From IMG/VR virus record IMGVR_UViG_3300048670_000442, positions 1 through 32,691 of that record: a stretch of 32,691 nt of DNA. One strand, given 5' to 3'. The position numbers and the translations under genes are program-made. The notes below the pieces were generated by a model. That model was given only the letters and a program-made list of their open reading frames with translations. It did not search any database and was not told the DNA's origin. How positions within the stretch are numbered: the first letter of the stretch is position 1; each line of letters begins with the position of its first letter. Source of the DNA: a virus (lineage: Duplodnaviria > Caudoviricetes). Below are positions 10,101 through 18,252 of the stretch, in pieces.

Positions 10101-10534
10101 GCATCAGCGTAACCGGCACCGCAATTGCAAATACCGGTGTTTTAAGCGTCAACGGCAATGCGGGCGCCATTACAAACATTGCGGCCACTAATGCCGTTCA
10201 GTCATTCACCGTTGCTCAGCGGGGGGCGATTACAGCCCTGACCGATGGGGCAACGATCACCGCAGATTTTGCAGCAGCAAATAACTTTTCAGTTACGCTT
10301 GGAGGTAACCGCACATTAGCTAATCCATCGAACCAAACTGCTGGGCAATCTGGTTGTATCTGGATTACGCAGGACGGCACCGGTAGTAGAACACTGGCTT
10401 ATGGCTCACAATGGGACTTTACTGGTGGCACTGCACCAACACTTAGCACTGCAGCAGCATCGGTTGATTGCCTGGTTTATGCAGTGCAATCAAGTACTAA
10501 AATTACTGCCACCCTTATCAGCAACTTGAGCTAA
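7175..10534 (+). CDS. Tail fibre protein
   Basis: 1119 aa, Ala/Gly/Thr-rich, with repeated AGTYTKVTVDAKGRVT units. The C-terminal NFSVTLGGNRTLANP...QDGTGSRTL domain is typical of fibre ends. Confidence 0.85.
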   Translation: MANQRIDQLNAETTPAAADVLPIYSISGSDTKKITVKNLVQRGAALVDDASIPVAKVNLSGISGTNITAGTITAAKLDTSTIPATGGVTVSSSNLQLVAPTSPIVRNAGTGSLEHATSGATAGTYTKVTVDAKGHVTSGTTLVDADIPSPTTTAGTFTKLTIDTKGRVTVGANLAAADVPFADTGVTAGTYTKVTVDAKGRVTSGTTLVDADVPALANSGVAAGTYTKVTVDTKGRVTGGTTLTDADVPALANSGVAAGTYTKLTVDAKGRATAGTTLAAADLPVATSSTVGGVSIPAAGGLALTGGGALSHSNAVAGGASTRSGITYDLQGHIVSTVAIVASDLPAATTSAKGAVIAGTGLAVDVNGILSTGVATTSDLGGVKIGSEFGLNGSNQLLLATQANVAGGTAYPKVTVNSKGVVTAGAILDATDIPNLAATKITSGSLDIARIAANTITGAKIANYAITKIGDTQPTADHIGQFFFNPLSRDLFLFDGNVYQPIGISVGEIVFAGTFDASAGGGAGHVASVTAEGTAIGLVEGSPLPAAATANNRYYLVVSEGGTITSGNAPNVALAPPDIVLSTGIEWTEVDVSQTFTSVSASQVAFTPEGTIAASNVQAAIEEVNNEKLGLAGGTITGTLEIGTTGGLSFEGSTANSFETSITAVDPTADRTITFPNISGTVITTGDTGTVTSAMLLDGTIVDADISATAEISVSKLADGAARQLLQTDAAGTGVEWASNIDIPGTLDVTSAATFDSTVAVTGALTKSGSNVVTVGDTGTVTSAMLLDGTIVNADINASAAIAYSKLAALTSANIIVGSSANVATSTAVTGDVTIDNTGVTSIASGVIVDADINASAAIVDTKLATIATAGKVSNSATTATNANTASAIVARDASGNFTAGTITAALTGTASGNLVSGGALGTPSSGTLTNCTFPTLNQSTTGNASTATTLATARTIQGVSFDGSANITVATAGSGISVTGTAIANTGVLSVNGNAGAITNIAATNAVQSFTVAQRGAITALTDGATITADFAAANNFSVTLGGNRTLANPSNQTAGQSGCIWITQDGTGSRTLAYGSQWDFTGGTAPTLSTAAASVDCLVYAVQSSTKITATLISNLS
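7520..8030 (+). repeat. Tandem ~35-aa fibre repeats, including an exact 48-bp direct repeat (7801-7848 = 7906-7953)
   Basis: tgatgctgatgtaccagcactggctaacagtggtgttgcggctgggac occurs twice, 105 bp apart; five GT(Y/F)TK(V/L)T(V/I)DxKG units in this span. Confidence 0.9.
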
Positions 10535-12948
10535 TGATTCCTGGAAGTGCTAATCCGCTGCTACTAAAAAGTACAGCCGCTGCCGCCGCTGGTGGTTTAC
10601 AGATAGCGCGTAGTCTCAGATTCAACAGTAGTGACAGTGCTTACTTGTCTCGGACCCCGGCAGTAGCGGGGAACAGGAAGACGTGGACGTGGGCGGGGTG
10701 GGTGAAGCGGAGTGTGTTGGGAGTCAACGCAGCCTTGTTCGGCAGGCAACAGAGCGACGACACCAATACGCTCGATATTCGCTTCGGAACTGGCGATACA
10801 CTGCGCCTTGCTAACTTCAACTCCTATTTGCTTGAAACTACGCAAGTCTTCCGAGACACTTCTGCGTGGTTTCATCTTGTCCTTGCACTGGACACAACGC
10901 AAGCGACTGCAAACAATCGGGCGCGAATGTATGTCAACGGAGTTGAAGTCACTCAATTTGGCACAAGAACAAACCCCACGCAAAACGCTGACCTAGCGAT
11001 CAATTCCACTACTCTTCACCATCTTGGCGCAACAGTGTCAGGTGGCGGCGCTACCTACTATTTCCCCGGCTACCTCGCCAACATCCACTTCATCGACGGC
11101 CAAGCGCTAGACCCCAGCAGTTTCACCGAAACCGATGCCACTACTGGGCAACTCATACCAAAAACATACACCGGCACCTACGGGTTGGTTTCAGTCACTG
11201 CTGCCACTGGTGCGTTACCTGTTTTTAATACCACCGATACTTATGGCGCGATTAAGGGTACTGGAACTCGTACTGATACAAACAGTGCTTCTATTGTGCT
11301 TGCGTTGCCAATGGATGGCACCAATGGAGGCACATCATTTGGCGATCAGAGTGCAGTAATCCGTGGTAGTGGAAGTGCCAAGACTGTAACTGTTACAGGC
11401 AACACAAATACCAGTACAACGCAAAGTAAGTTTTACGGTAGCAGCGGATCGTTTGACGGAACTGGTGATTACCTGTCTCTATCTAGTAGCGCTGACTTTC
11501 AAATCTGGAACAGTACGTCGTGGACCATTGAGTGCTTTATTTATATAAACTCTCTAGCGTCATCGTTCTATTTCTTTGGCGCAGGAAATAGAGCTTCCAC
11601 GACAACGCGGGTGATGTTTTCTGTCAATAGTTCTGGCAACTTTATACTTGACTGGGACGGAACTAGCTCCGATTCAACTACGACTTTTACAACCGGATTA
11701 AGTGCAAGCAAGTGGTATCACCTAGCCGTAGTATCTAACGGAACTACATGCAAGGTTTACATTAATGGTACTCAAGCAAGTACAACCGCGACGCTGGGAA
11801 CCTCAACCCAAGCAAACGCTCCAATATCCATTGGGGTTCCAGGGTTAGCGTCAAACCCGGCATCGTATAATGGACTAAATGGATATGTGCAAGACTTCAG
11901 AATTTACAAAGGTGTTGCAAAATATACCAGTGACTTCGCAACTGTTCTATCCCAAAACAATTCCTTCAACCTTTTGTTTGCTGATAACTCCAGCAACACT
12001 GCCAGCACATTAGGGAAGGACACTTCTGGGCTAAGTAATAACTGGACGCCGAATAATTTTAGTGTTACTGCTGGTGCAGGCAACGATTCCCTCGTAGACT
12101 CCCCCACTAATTACGGGACCGACACCGGCGTGGGTGGTGAGGTGCGGGGGAATTATTGCACTTGGAACCCGCTGGATACGTCCAGCGGCACTCTAACTAA
12201 TGGCAACCTTGATCTTGCTACTGGCACAGCTTCATACGGTGGGACAAGAGGAACTATCAGTGTAACAAGCGGTAAATGGTATTGGGAAGTTACACCAACA
12301 GCTATGACCACCAGTGGCGAACTAGTCGCTATTGGTATTTGTGCTTCGACTGTTGCGCTGCCAAGTTATGCAGGTGCTGGATCACTGAACTATACCTACA
12401 TGAACGATGGGCAAAAACGAGTTCCCGGTTCTGATACAAATTACGGTGCCACTTTTACCGTTAATGATGTAATTGGAGTTGCTCTTGATCTTGATGCGGG
12501 CACTCTTGTTTTTTACAAAAACGGCAGCTCCCAAGGGACAGCGTTTAGCTCTTTATCCGGCTCTTTTGCTGCTTACGCATCTGACGCTGATGCTGCACAG
12601 AGTTGCACCGTTGTTGTAAACTTCGGCCAACGCGCATTCGCCTACACCGCACCATCGGGCTTCAAGGCACTCTGCACACAGAACCTGCCAGAAGGCACCA
12701 TCACCACCAGCGGCAGTTTTACTGGCAACGCAAATGCTAATGGACCTTTTGTTTATTCAAACGGTGTTCCAACTGCCATGACCATCAACAGTAATGCGGT
12801 AACATTTGCCACCCATGCTGACAAGTTATCTAATGGCTTTAAACTACGGACTAGCAGTGGCAGCTATAACACAGCAGGCAGTAACACCTATTCAATTACC
12901 ACCACGGGCGATAAATTTAAATACGCCCGCGCACAACCAAACCCCTGA
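10534..12948 (+). CDS. Receptor-binding/fibre protein with LamG (ConA-like) domains and an SPRY domain
   Basis: SLRFNSSDSAYLSRT...WTWAGWVKRS...WFHLVLALDT (LamG-like); FDGTGDYL...WTIECFIY...WYHLAVV...DFRIYKG (second LamG); GKWYWEV...DVIGVALDLDAGTLVFYKNG...NFGQ (SPRY). Confidence 0.85.
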   Translation: MIPGSANPLLLKSTAAAAAGGLQIARSLRFNSSDSAYLSRTPAVAGNRKTWTWAGWVKRSVLGVNAALFGRQQSDDTNTLDIRFGTGDTLRLANFNSYLLETTQVFRDTSAWFHLVLALDTTQATANNRARMYVNGVEVTQFGTRTNPTQNADLAINSTTLHHLGATVSGGGATYYFPGYLANIHFIDGQALDPSSFTETDATTGQLIPKTYTGTYGLVSVTAATGALPVFNTTDTYGAIKGTGTRTDTNSASIVLALPMDGTNGGTSFGDQSAVIRGSGSAKTVTVTGNTNTSTTQSKFYGSSGSFDGTGDYLSLSSSADFQIWNSTSWTIECFIYINSLASSFYFFGAGNRASTTTRVMFSVNSSGNFILDWDGTSSDSTTTFTTGLSASKWYHLAVVSNGTTCKVYINGTQASTTATLGTSTQANAPISIGVPGLASNPASYNGLNGYVQDFRIYKGVAKYTSDFATVLSQNNSFNLLFADNSSNTASTLGKDTSGLSNNWTPNNFSVTAGAGNDSLVDSPTNYGTDTGVGGEVRGNYCTWNPLDTSSGTLTNGNLDLATGTASYGGTRGTISVTSGKWYWEVTPTAMTTSGELVAIGICASTVALPSYAGAGSLNYTYMNDGQKRVPGSDTNYGATFTVNDVIGVALDLDAGTLVFYKNGSSQGTAFSSLSGSFAAYASDADAAQSCTVVVNFGQRAFAYTAPSGFKALCTQNLPEGTITTSGSFTGNANANGPFVYSNGVPTAMTINSNAVTFATHADKLSNGFKLRTSSGSYNTAGSNTYSITTTGDKFKYARAQPNP

Positions 12949-12954
12949 GGACGC

Positions 12955-13482
12955 ATGGCTACCTATCAACTTCCCGGTGGACGCACCGTGTCCACAGACA
13001 TGGCATTTACCTTAAATGAGATTCAATACCCTAGTAATTGGCTGGCACTATCTAGCGCAGAAGATCGTGCTGAACGTGACATTGAAGGCCCGCTGCCAGA
13101 ACCTGCTTGGTATGACCAGCGCTGGTGCTGGGGATATGACGAAGATGGCAAATTAATCTGGAAAGATCATGCGCCATTAGTCGTGGAATACATCAATAAC
13201 GTTCGTGCCAATGCCAATGCCATGCTGCGCGAAACTGATTGGCAAGTGATCCGCGAAGCTGATAACGGCACAGTGATGTCGGCTGAGACTAAAGCTGATC
13301 GCCAGCGTGTCCGTGATGCAGCAGGTGGTAAGATCGCATCGATTAATGCCACCACTACTACCGCTGAACTGGCGGCGTACATTACGAGCAATGCGTACAG
13401 CGATTGGGGTCCTATCCCTGAGCCTGCTCTTGCTGACGGGGTGGTGCTTTTTAGCAATGGCAGCACTACAGCAGGATTCTGA
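12955..13482 (+). CDS. Tail fibre assembly chaperone-like protein
   Basis: Follows the fibre genes; QYPSNWL and NAMLRETDWQVIR...RQRVRD motifs resemble phage tail assembly chaperones. Confidence 0.65.
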   Translation: MATYQLPGGRTVSTDMAFTLNEIQYPSNWLALSSAEDRAERDIEGPLPEPAWYDQRWCWGYDEDGKLIWKDHAPLVVEYINNVRANANAMLRETDWQVIREADNGTVMSAETKADRQRVRDAAGGKIASINATTTTAELAAYITSNAYSDWGPIPEPALADGVVLFSNGSTTAGF

Positions 13483-13515
13483 GCAGGTAGACTAGAGGCA
13501 TCGTTAGCCTGAGCC

Positions 13516-13755
13516 GTGATCGAAATTCTCGCAGCGGCTTTAGGGGCATCCATCTCAGTGGCGGCAATGGGGATGTTTGGCTTTTCTAGGCGCAATGAAG
13601 AGGCATCTGCGGCCATCGTGCGCCTCACTTCGGCTGTGGAACATATTGCCAATTCTCTTGAGATTTTGCATGTTGACATAAAGCAAACCAATCGCGAGAT
13701 GTTCCAGCGCCTTAATCAAGTCGAAAACCGCGTCAGTAAACTGGAGGTGCGTTAA
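13516..13755 (+). CDS. Small membrane protein with coiled coil (holin-like/lysis accessory)
   Basis: N-terminal hydrophobic helix and C-terminal heptads (RLNQVENRVSKLE); upstream of the endolysin. Confidence 0.5.
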   Translation: MIEILAAALGASISVAAMGMFGFSRRNEEASAAIVRLTSAVEHIANSLEILHVDIKQTNREMFQRLNQVENRVSKLEVR

Positions 13756-13763
13756 CTACTACC

Positions 13764-13961
13764 ATGATTATCACTCCTGAATCCATCGCTTCATATACAG
13801 CCGCCGCAATCGGCGTACATGCTACAGCCGTGGCAGTGGTAAACCTGACCCCAACGCCAAAAGATAACGACAGGCTAGGCCGCTACACCGCTTTGTTTGT
13901 GAAGCTTTATCGCGCTATTGAAATCCTTGCTGGCATCATCACGCCACTGGTTAAAAAGTGA
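13764..13961 (+). CDS. Putative holin
   Basis: 65 aa with two hydrophobic segments separated by TPTPKDND and a basic C-terminus; overlaps the endolysin start. Confidence 0.55.
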   Translation: MIITPESIASYTAAAIGVHATAVAVVNLTPTPKDNDRLGRYTALFVKLYRAIEILAGIITPLVKK

Positions 13962-15100
13962 GCAATTTCCTTAACGCATGTAAGGCGACATGTAAGCCAC
14001 CATTGCCCCATCAACAGGCAGCATGGTCCTGGGCATGGGAGTTAATGGCACCAGATGAGCAGGCTACATTTTTGGACAAATTCAGGGCTGACCCAAAACC
14101 CAAACCTACATTGGCATGGGAGCCAGCGGCGAAACTTATACGCGAATTTGAAGGTTTTAGTGATGTAGCATACATTTGTCCTGCCGGTGTGCCAACCATC
14201 GGCTGGGGCACCACTAGATGGCCTGATGGCGCAGCAGTAAAAATCGGCGATACCATCACACGCGATGCTGCTGATGGGTTGCTGGATAATATGCTAGAAA
14301 CTCAGGTTGTACCGGCATTAGCAAAAACAATACCAGGCTGGAAAACATTAACGGCAAACCGTCAAAATGCGTTGATCTCGTTTGCTTATAACGTAGGTTG
14401 GCATTTTTGCGGGAGCGAAGGCTTCGAAACAATATCGAAGGCGCTACATGCGGCAAACAATGACGCCGTGCCAGCGGCATTGATGCTATACGTAAATGCT
14501 GGTACACCAGCAGAACCTGGCCTCCGCCGTAGACGTGAAGCCGAGGCAAAACTCTGGGGCATACCAACTAAAGCCAGCTCAGTGTTACTGAAGGTGCCCT
14601 ATGAAGCGCAAAATGATAACAAAAGCGGCACTGGTTATAGAGAATGCTTCTCCAGTAGTTGCGCCATGATTGCTAAGTTTTACGGCAAAGTGAAGAGCGA
14701 TGATGAATATAATTTGATTCGCGCCAAGTTTGGCGATACGACCGACAGCCAAGCGCAACTTGCAGCGTTGCGTTCTTTGGGTTTACAAGCCCGGTTCGTG
14801 ACAAATGCCGCGCCTGGGTTGCTGGAGCTTGAACTACGTGCTGGGAGGCCAGTGGCGGTGGGTTGGCTGCACAAAGGGCCTGCGCAGTCACCTAGCGGTG
14901 GTGGACACTGGAGCGTCGTAATTGGATTCACTGCTGAACATTGGATTCTGAACGATCCAAATGGCGAGGCTGATCTCGTTAACGGTGGCTATGTCAAAAA
15001 TACCGGTGGCGCTGGTATTAAATACAGCCGAGAACGCTTCAATCGCCGTTGGATGCCAGATGGCGCTAGTACAGGCTGGGCGCTGTTGGTGAAGCCATGA
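13958..15100 (+). CDS. Endolysin: GH24 lysozyme plus C39-like peptidase domain
   Basis: FEGFSDVAYICPAGVPTIGWG (GH24 E-x8-C-x5-T), ALISFAYNVG, GLRRRREAE; C-terminal Q...ECFSSSCAM...GHWSVVIG...NDP (C39-like Cys/His/Asp). Confidence 0.9.
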   Translation: MSNFLNACKATCKPPLPHQQAAWSWAWELMAPDEQATFLDKFRADPKPKPTLAWEPAAKLIREFEGFSDVAYICPAGVPTIGWGTTRWPDGAAVKIGDTITRDAADGLLDNMLETQVVPALAKTIPGWKTLTANRQNALISFAYNVGWHFCGSEGFETISKALHAANNDAVPAALMLYVNAGTPAEPGLRRRREAEAKLWGIPTKASSVLLKVPYEAQNDNKSGTGYRECFSSSCAMIAKFYGKVKSDDEYNLIRAKFGDTTDSQAQLAALRSLGLQARFVTNAAPGLLELELRAGRPVAVGWLHKGPAQSPSGGGHWSVVIGFTAEHWILNDPNGEADLVNGGYVKNTGGAGIKYSRERFNRRWMPDGASTGWALLVKP

Positions 15101-15972
15101 AATGCGAGGTAATCCGCCACAGCCCAGAATTAACTGAAATACGGATTCCCTATACCTCAACTACAGCGCAATATAATTTCTTTCTTGCATCCGACATTCA
15201 CCTAGATAATCCAAAATGCGACCGTAAGCTTTTCAAAAAGCATCTAGATGAAATGAAAGAACGTAAAGGTAAAGCGCTTTTCTTTGGTGATGTAATGTGC
15301 CTAATGCAAGGCAAAAAAGATAGACGTGGCAGCAAAGGCGATATAAGGCCAGAACATTTAGGCGGTAATTATTTCGACCTAGTATTTAACGAAACTGCAA
15401 CCTGGCTGAAACCGTGGCAAGATGACATCTTAATGGTGTCAGACGGTAACCATGAAACAGCAATCATTAACCACAACGAAGTTGACCCACTTGGTAATGT
15501 AGTGCGCATCATGCGCGACAGCGGCAGCCCTGTAGAACACATGCGTTATCAGGGCTTTATTTGGTTTACGTTTTACCAAGAAGGTAATACTGGCGCACAA
15601 CAAAGACAAGAAAAAATTAGGCGTTTAACGCTTGGTTATCATCATGGCACTTGGGGTGGTGTAATAACAAAAGGCACACTTGGCGGTGGTCGCTATGCCA
15701 GCATCATGCCAGACGCTGATGTCATCGTAAATGGCCATAACCACGAACGCACAATTGTTGCTCATCCTTGCTATCGTATAAACAACAAAGGGGAACAGCG
15801 TATAGAACAACGATGGCATATCCAAACGGGCACTTATAAACAAGAATTTAAAGGCGGTGGTGGATTTGCAATTGAAAAAATTGTAATGCCAAAAAGTTTA
15901 GGAGGCATTTGGTTAAAGCTAAGACCACGCAATAGTACCGGCGTCGAAATTACCTGTGAGCCTGCAACATGA
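15097..15972 (+). CDS. Calcineurin-like metallophosphoesterase
   Basis: Motifs SDIH, GD, GNHE, HHG and GHNH. Confidence 0.85.
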   Translation: MKCEVIRHSPELTEIRIPYTSTTAQYNFFLASDIHLDNPKCDRKLFKKHLDEMKERKGKALFFGDVMCLMQGKKDRRGSKGDIRPEHLGGNYFDLVFNETATWLKPWQDDILMVSDGNHETAIINHNEVDPLGNVVRIMRDSGSPVEHMRYQGFIWFTFYQEGNTGAQQRQEKIRRLTLGYHHGTWGGVITKGTLGGGRYASIMPDADVIVNGHNHERTIVAHPCYRINNKGEQRIEQRWHIQTGTYKQEFKGGGGFAIEKIVMPKSLGGIWLKLRPRNSTGVEITCEPAT

Positions 15973-16178
15973 ACCGCTACTTAGTCGAGATAAGCGCCAT
16001 GATGGTAGTGGATAGCGAGTACTCATCAGATGATGTAGCAATCGGCATCGCAGCCAGACTCGAAGAGATCGCACAGTCAAACGCTCACCTCCTTGATTAT
16101 GAGGTGCTTCCCTACGAAATGCCGGAGCCTCATGAGCCACCACATCAACGAAGAGAATCAGGAGCTGGTATCGCGTAA
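15969..16178 (+). CDS. Hypothetical acidic protein
   Basis: ATGA-coupled 69 aa ORF. Confidence 0.55.
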   Translation: MNRYLVEISAMMVVDSEYSSDDVAIGIAARLEEIAQSNAHLLDYEVLPYEMPEPHEPPHQRRESGAGIA

Positions 16179-16479
16179 GGTAACTAAACACAAATTTCGC
16201 AAATCAATTATTGAAGAATGGGACAGCAGGTGCTACATCTGCGGTGAACAATTTGATAACATAACACTCGACCATTTGGTGCCAAAAAAGAATGGCGGCC
16301 ATACCAGTAGGGCTAACCTAGCGCCGTGCTGTAGCTTACACAATCGCCAAAAAGGCCATTCTGAACTGTGGAGTTGGTGGACTAATCATGATTGCTGGGA
16401 TCTGGGCCGTGCAATAAAGCTTTTAAGTTACCTGCGTCGTTGTGATAGCATTCCAACGCCTGATGATAGAATACCATAG
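16132..16479 (+). CDS. HNH endonuclease
   Basis: CYICG...TLDHLVPKKNGGH...NLAPCCSLHNRQKG; ATG at 16132 preceded by GGAG. Confidence 0.85.
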   Translation: MSHHINEENQELVSRKVTKHKFRKSIIEEWDSRCYICGEQFDNITLDHLVPKKNGGHTSRANLAPCCSLHNRQKGHSELWSWWTNHDCWDLGRAIKLLSYLRRCDSIPTPDDRIP

Positions 16480-16582
16480 CTTGCCAACTTTGCACGTGCT
16501 CTTTACACATGCCAGCATACGTTACCTGCCATATATAATTGCCGTTGTTAGATTTGATGCGCTTGATAGTTGGTGTTTCCAT
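16382..16582 (-). CDS. Hypothetical protein
   Basis: 66 aa ATG-started ORF with protein-like composition (WQVTYAGM...WQAMVFY), continuing the minus-strand block; its 3' end overlaps the HNH gene. Confidence 0.5.
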   Translation of the reverse strand: METPTIKRIKSNNGNYIWQVTYAGMCKEHVQSWQAMVFYHQALECYHNDAGNLKALLHGPDPSNHD

Positions 16583-16591
16583 TGTTAGAAT
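16563..16591 (+). promoter_or_regulatory. Sigma70-type promoter for the NblA-like gene
   Basis: TTGATA (16563-16568), 17 bp spacer, TAGAAT (16586-16591), with an extended -10 TGn. Confidence 0.65.
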
Positions 16592-16611
16592 GCGGATAAC
16601 TGCTAAATGTA

Positions 16612-16854
16612 GTGATGATGGAGTGGATGGTGGTGCAGCTCAGTCTAGAGGAGCAGCTTGCACTCGAAGGCCAGAGCAGAATCGCCTTGAACTGCCCTGA
16701 CCGTGAACAGGTCGCTAAATTATGCAGTAACTTAATAAAACAAAACGCACATCAATCTAAATTAATAAAGCAAGCTGTACATCATATAGCAGCTTTAGAA
16801 GCTACTTTATATCTTCAACAATCAAGACGCCCGTGGTGGAGACGTGTGATTTAG
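16612..16854 (+). CDS. nblA: NblA-like phycobilisome degradation adaptor (putative)
   Basis: LSLEEQLAL...REQVAKLCSNLIKQ aligns by eye with the NblA pattern LSLEQQF...xQA...L..LY.Q; helix-loop-helix size. Start may be 16615 or 16618. Confidence 0.55.
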   Translation: MMMEWMVVQLSLEEQLALEGQSRIALNCPDREQVAKLCSNLIKQNAHQSKLIKQAVHHIAALEATLYLQQSRRPWWRRVI

Positions 16855-17689
16855 ACATTAATTGCTTCAGCCTACGGTGTGTTCTTGTTATCTTTTGCCT
16901 TATACGTTCGCGGCATACGTTATGCTCCTTTGCAATAGCTGTTAAAGTTAAATCTTCATTGTAACGTTTATTTATCATATCTTGCTCCATATCAGTTAAA
17001 TAAGACAGTGCAAGCTGCACGTGTTCCTTGCTACGGTCCAAATCAAAATCAATATCCACTTCAGGGCTAGCAATTAAATCAAGCAATGAGTTGCCGTCAT
17101 CTGTTATCAGTTCGTCCAGGCTAATATGAACGCTATTGCAATCGACTAATGCTAGTAATTGCTCTATTGTTAAACCCATAACTTGAGCTAATTCTGTTTT
17201 ACTTGGCTTGCGGCCATGTTCTTTCATGTATTCTGTTTCAACCTGTAATGCCTTAAATGTACGGTCTATCATATGAATCGGTATTTTTATCATGCGCTCC
17301 TTGCTATCAATAGCACGTTTTAATGATTGCCTAATCCACCAGTACGCATAGGTCGAAAACTTATACCCACGTGATGCGTCAAATTTTTCTGCTGCACGTT
17401 GAAGGCCAATATTACCCTCCTGGCATAAATCCAACATATCCATTGATTTAATTCTGCCTGTATAACGCTTGGCAATATGTACAACCAAACGTAAATTACA
17501 GTTTACCATGGTAGCCCGTGCCTTAAGGCCAGCTTTTATTAGCCGTTGCTCAGCAGGTGTCGGGCTAGTGTTATCGCGCAGCTCCATGTACTGCGCGATT
17601 TTACGTGCCAACTGTATCTCCTGCTGTGTTGTGAGCAACGGATACCTAGAGATGGCCTCTAGGTAGTCGCGCATTGCATCAGCAGTCAT
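16802..17689 (-). CDS. RNA polymerase sigma-70 factor, cyanobacterial group-2-like
   Basis: Region 1.2 DYLEAISRYPLLT; region 2 NLRLVVHIAKRY, DLCQEGNIGL, KFDASRGYKFSTYAYWWIRQ; region 4 HTH TLTAIAKEHNVCRERIRQ; no region 1.1. Confidence 0.93.
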   Translation of the reverse strand: MTADAMRDYLEAISRYPLLTTQQEIQLARKIAQYMELRDNTSPTPAEQRLIKAGLKARATMVNCNLRLVVHIAKRYTGRIKSMDMLDLCQEGNIGLQRAAEKFDASRGYKFSTYAYWWIRQSLKRAIDSKERMIKIPIHMIDRTFKALQVETEYMKEHGRKPSKTELAQVMGLTIEQLLALVDCNSVHISLDELITDDGNSLLDLIASPEVDIDFDLDRSKEHVQLALSYLTDMEQDMINKRYNEDLTLTAIAKEHNVCRERIRQKITRTHRRLKQLMSKSHVSTTGVLIVEDIK

Positions 17690-17692
17690 GGC

Positions 17693-18043
17693 TTAAAAAA
17701 CGTCGAGTTCGTTCGTATTATTAGCAGCCCTTGGTAAAAATTCAAACCTGCCGACACTCATTATATGTTTACTACGCTTTTCACCTGTTTGCTTATCTGC
17801 CCATTCCTGACGCCGTATGGTGCCAGTGACTTGAATGCTGTCACCCTTTTTGCATTTATCGCATATTAATTCAGCCGATTTGCCCCATATTTCGCAGTCG
17901 ATACCATTGTTAATGTATTCTCCATTTTTATCTTTGCCCTCACCGATACCGCCGAACAGGTTAGCAACTTGCGTGCCATTATCAAACGTGCGGATGGTGG
18001 GTTGCGTGATAATACGAACAATGCCGGTAGCAAATAAACTCAT
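17693..18043 (-). CDS. ssb: Single-stranded DNA-binding protein
   Basis: DCEIWGKSAE...KKGDSIQVTGTIRRQEWADKQTGEKRSK; acidic tail ELDVF. Confidence 0.9.
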   Translation of the reverse strand: MSLFATGIVRIITQPTIRTFDNGTQVANLFGGIGEGKDKNGEYINNGIDCEIWGKSAELICDKCKKGDSIQVTGTIRRQEWADKQTGEKRSKHIMSVGRFEFLPRAANNTNELDVF

Positions 18044-18252
18044 GGTTCTAATGGGGTGATGTTGTGGGCGGCTTCAAAAGCCAGAATTTGTGTTAGCAAA
18101 TAGCGAACACGTGGAGCACCAAGCGGTGAGGCTAGGCGTTCAGCGGTTTCATACGGTGGGCCAACCCCACGCGCACGTTGAGATTTTAAGGTGGAAGGCC
18201 GCAGCCCCCACCTAGCAGCTAACTGGTCAGTAGTCAGGTGGGGCTCAGTCAT
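18040..18252 (-). CDS. AlpA/excisionase-like helix-turn-helix protein
   Basis: [29 protein letters not shown]...VRY; the ATG at 18252 overlaps the end of the bet gene. Confidence 0.75.
   Translation of the reverse strand: MTEPHLTTDQLAARWGLRPSTLKSQRARGVGPPYETAERLASPLGAPRVRYLLTQILAFEAAHNITPLEP

Noticed and set aside
10534-12948. Diversity-generating retroelement or invertible fibre cassette
   Set aside because: No reverse transcriptase, invertase or template/variable repeat pair was seen in the window.
13167-13691. 174-aa minus-strand ORF
   Set aside because: It is antisense to two well-supported + strand genes.
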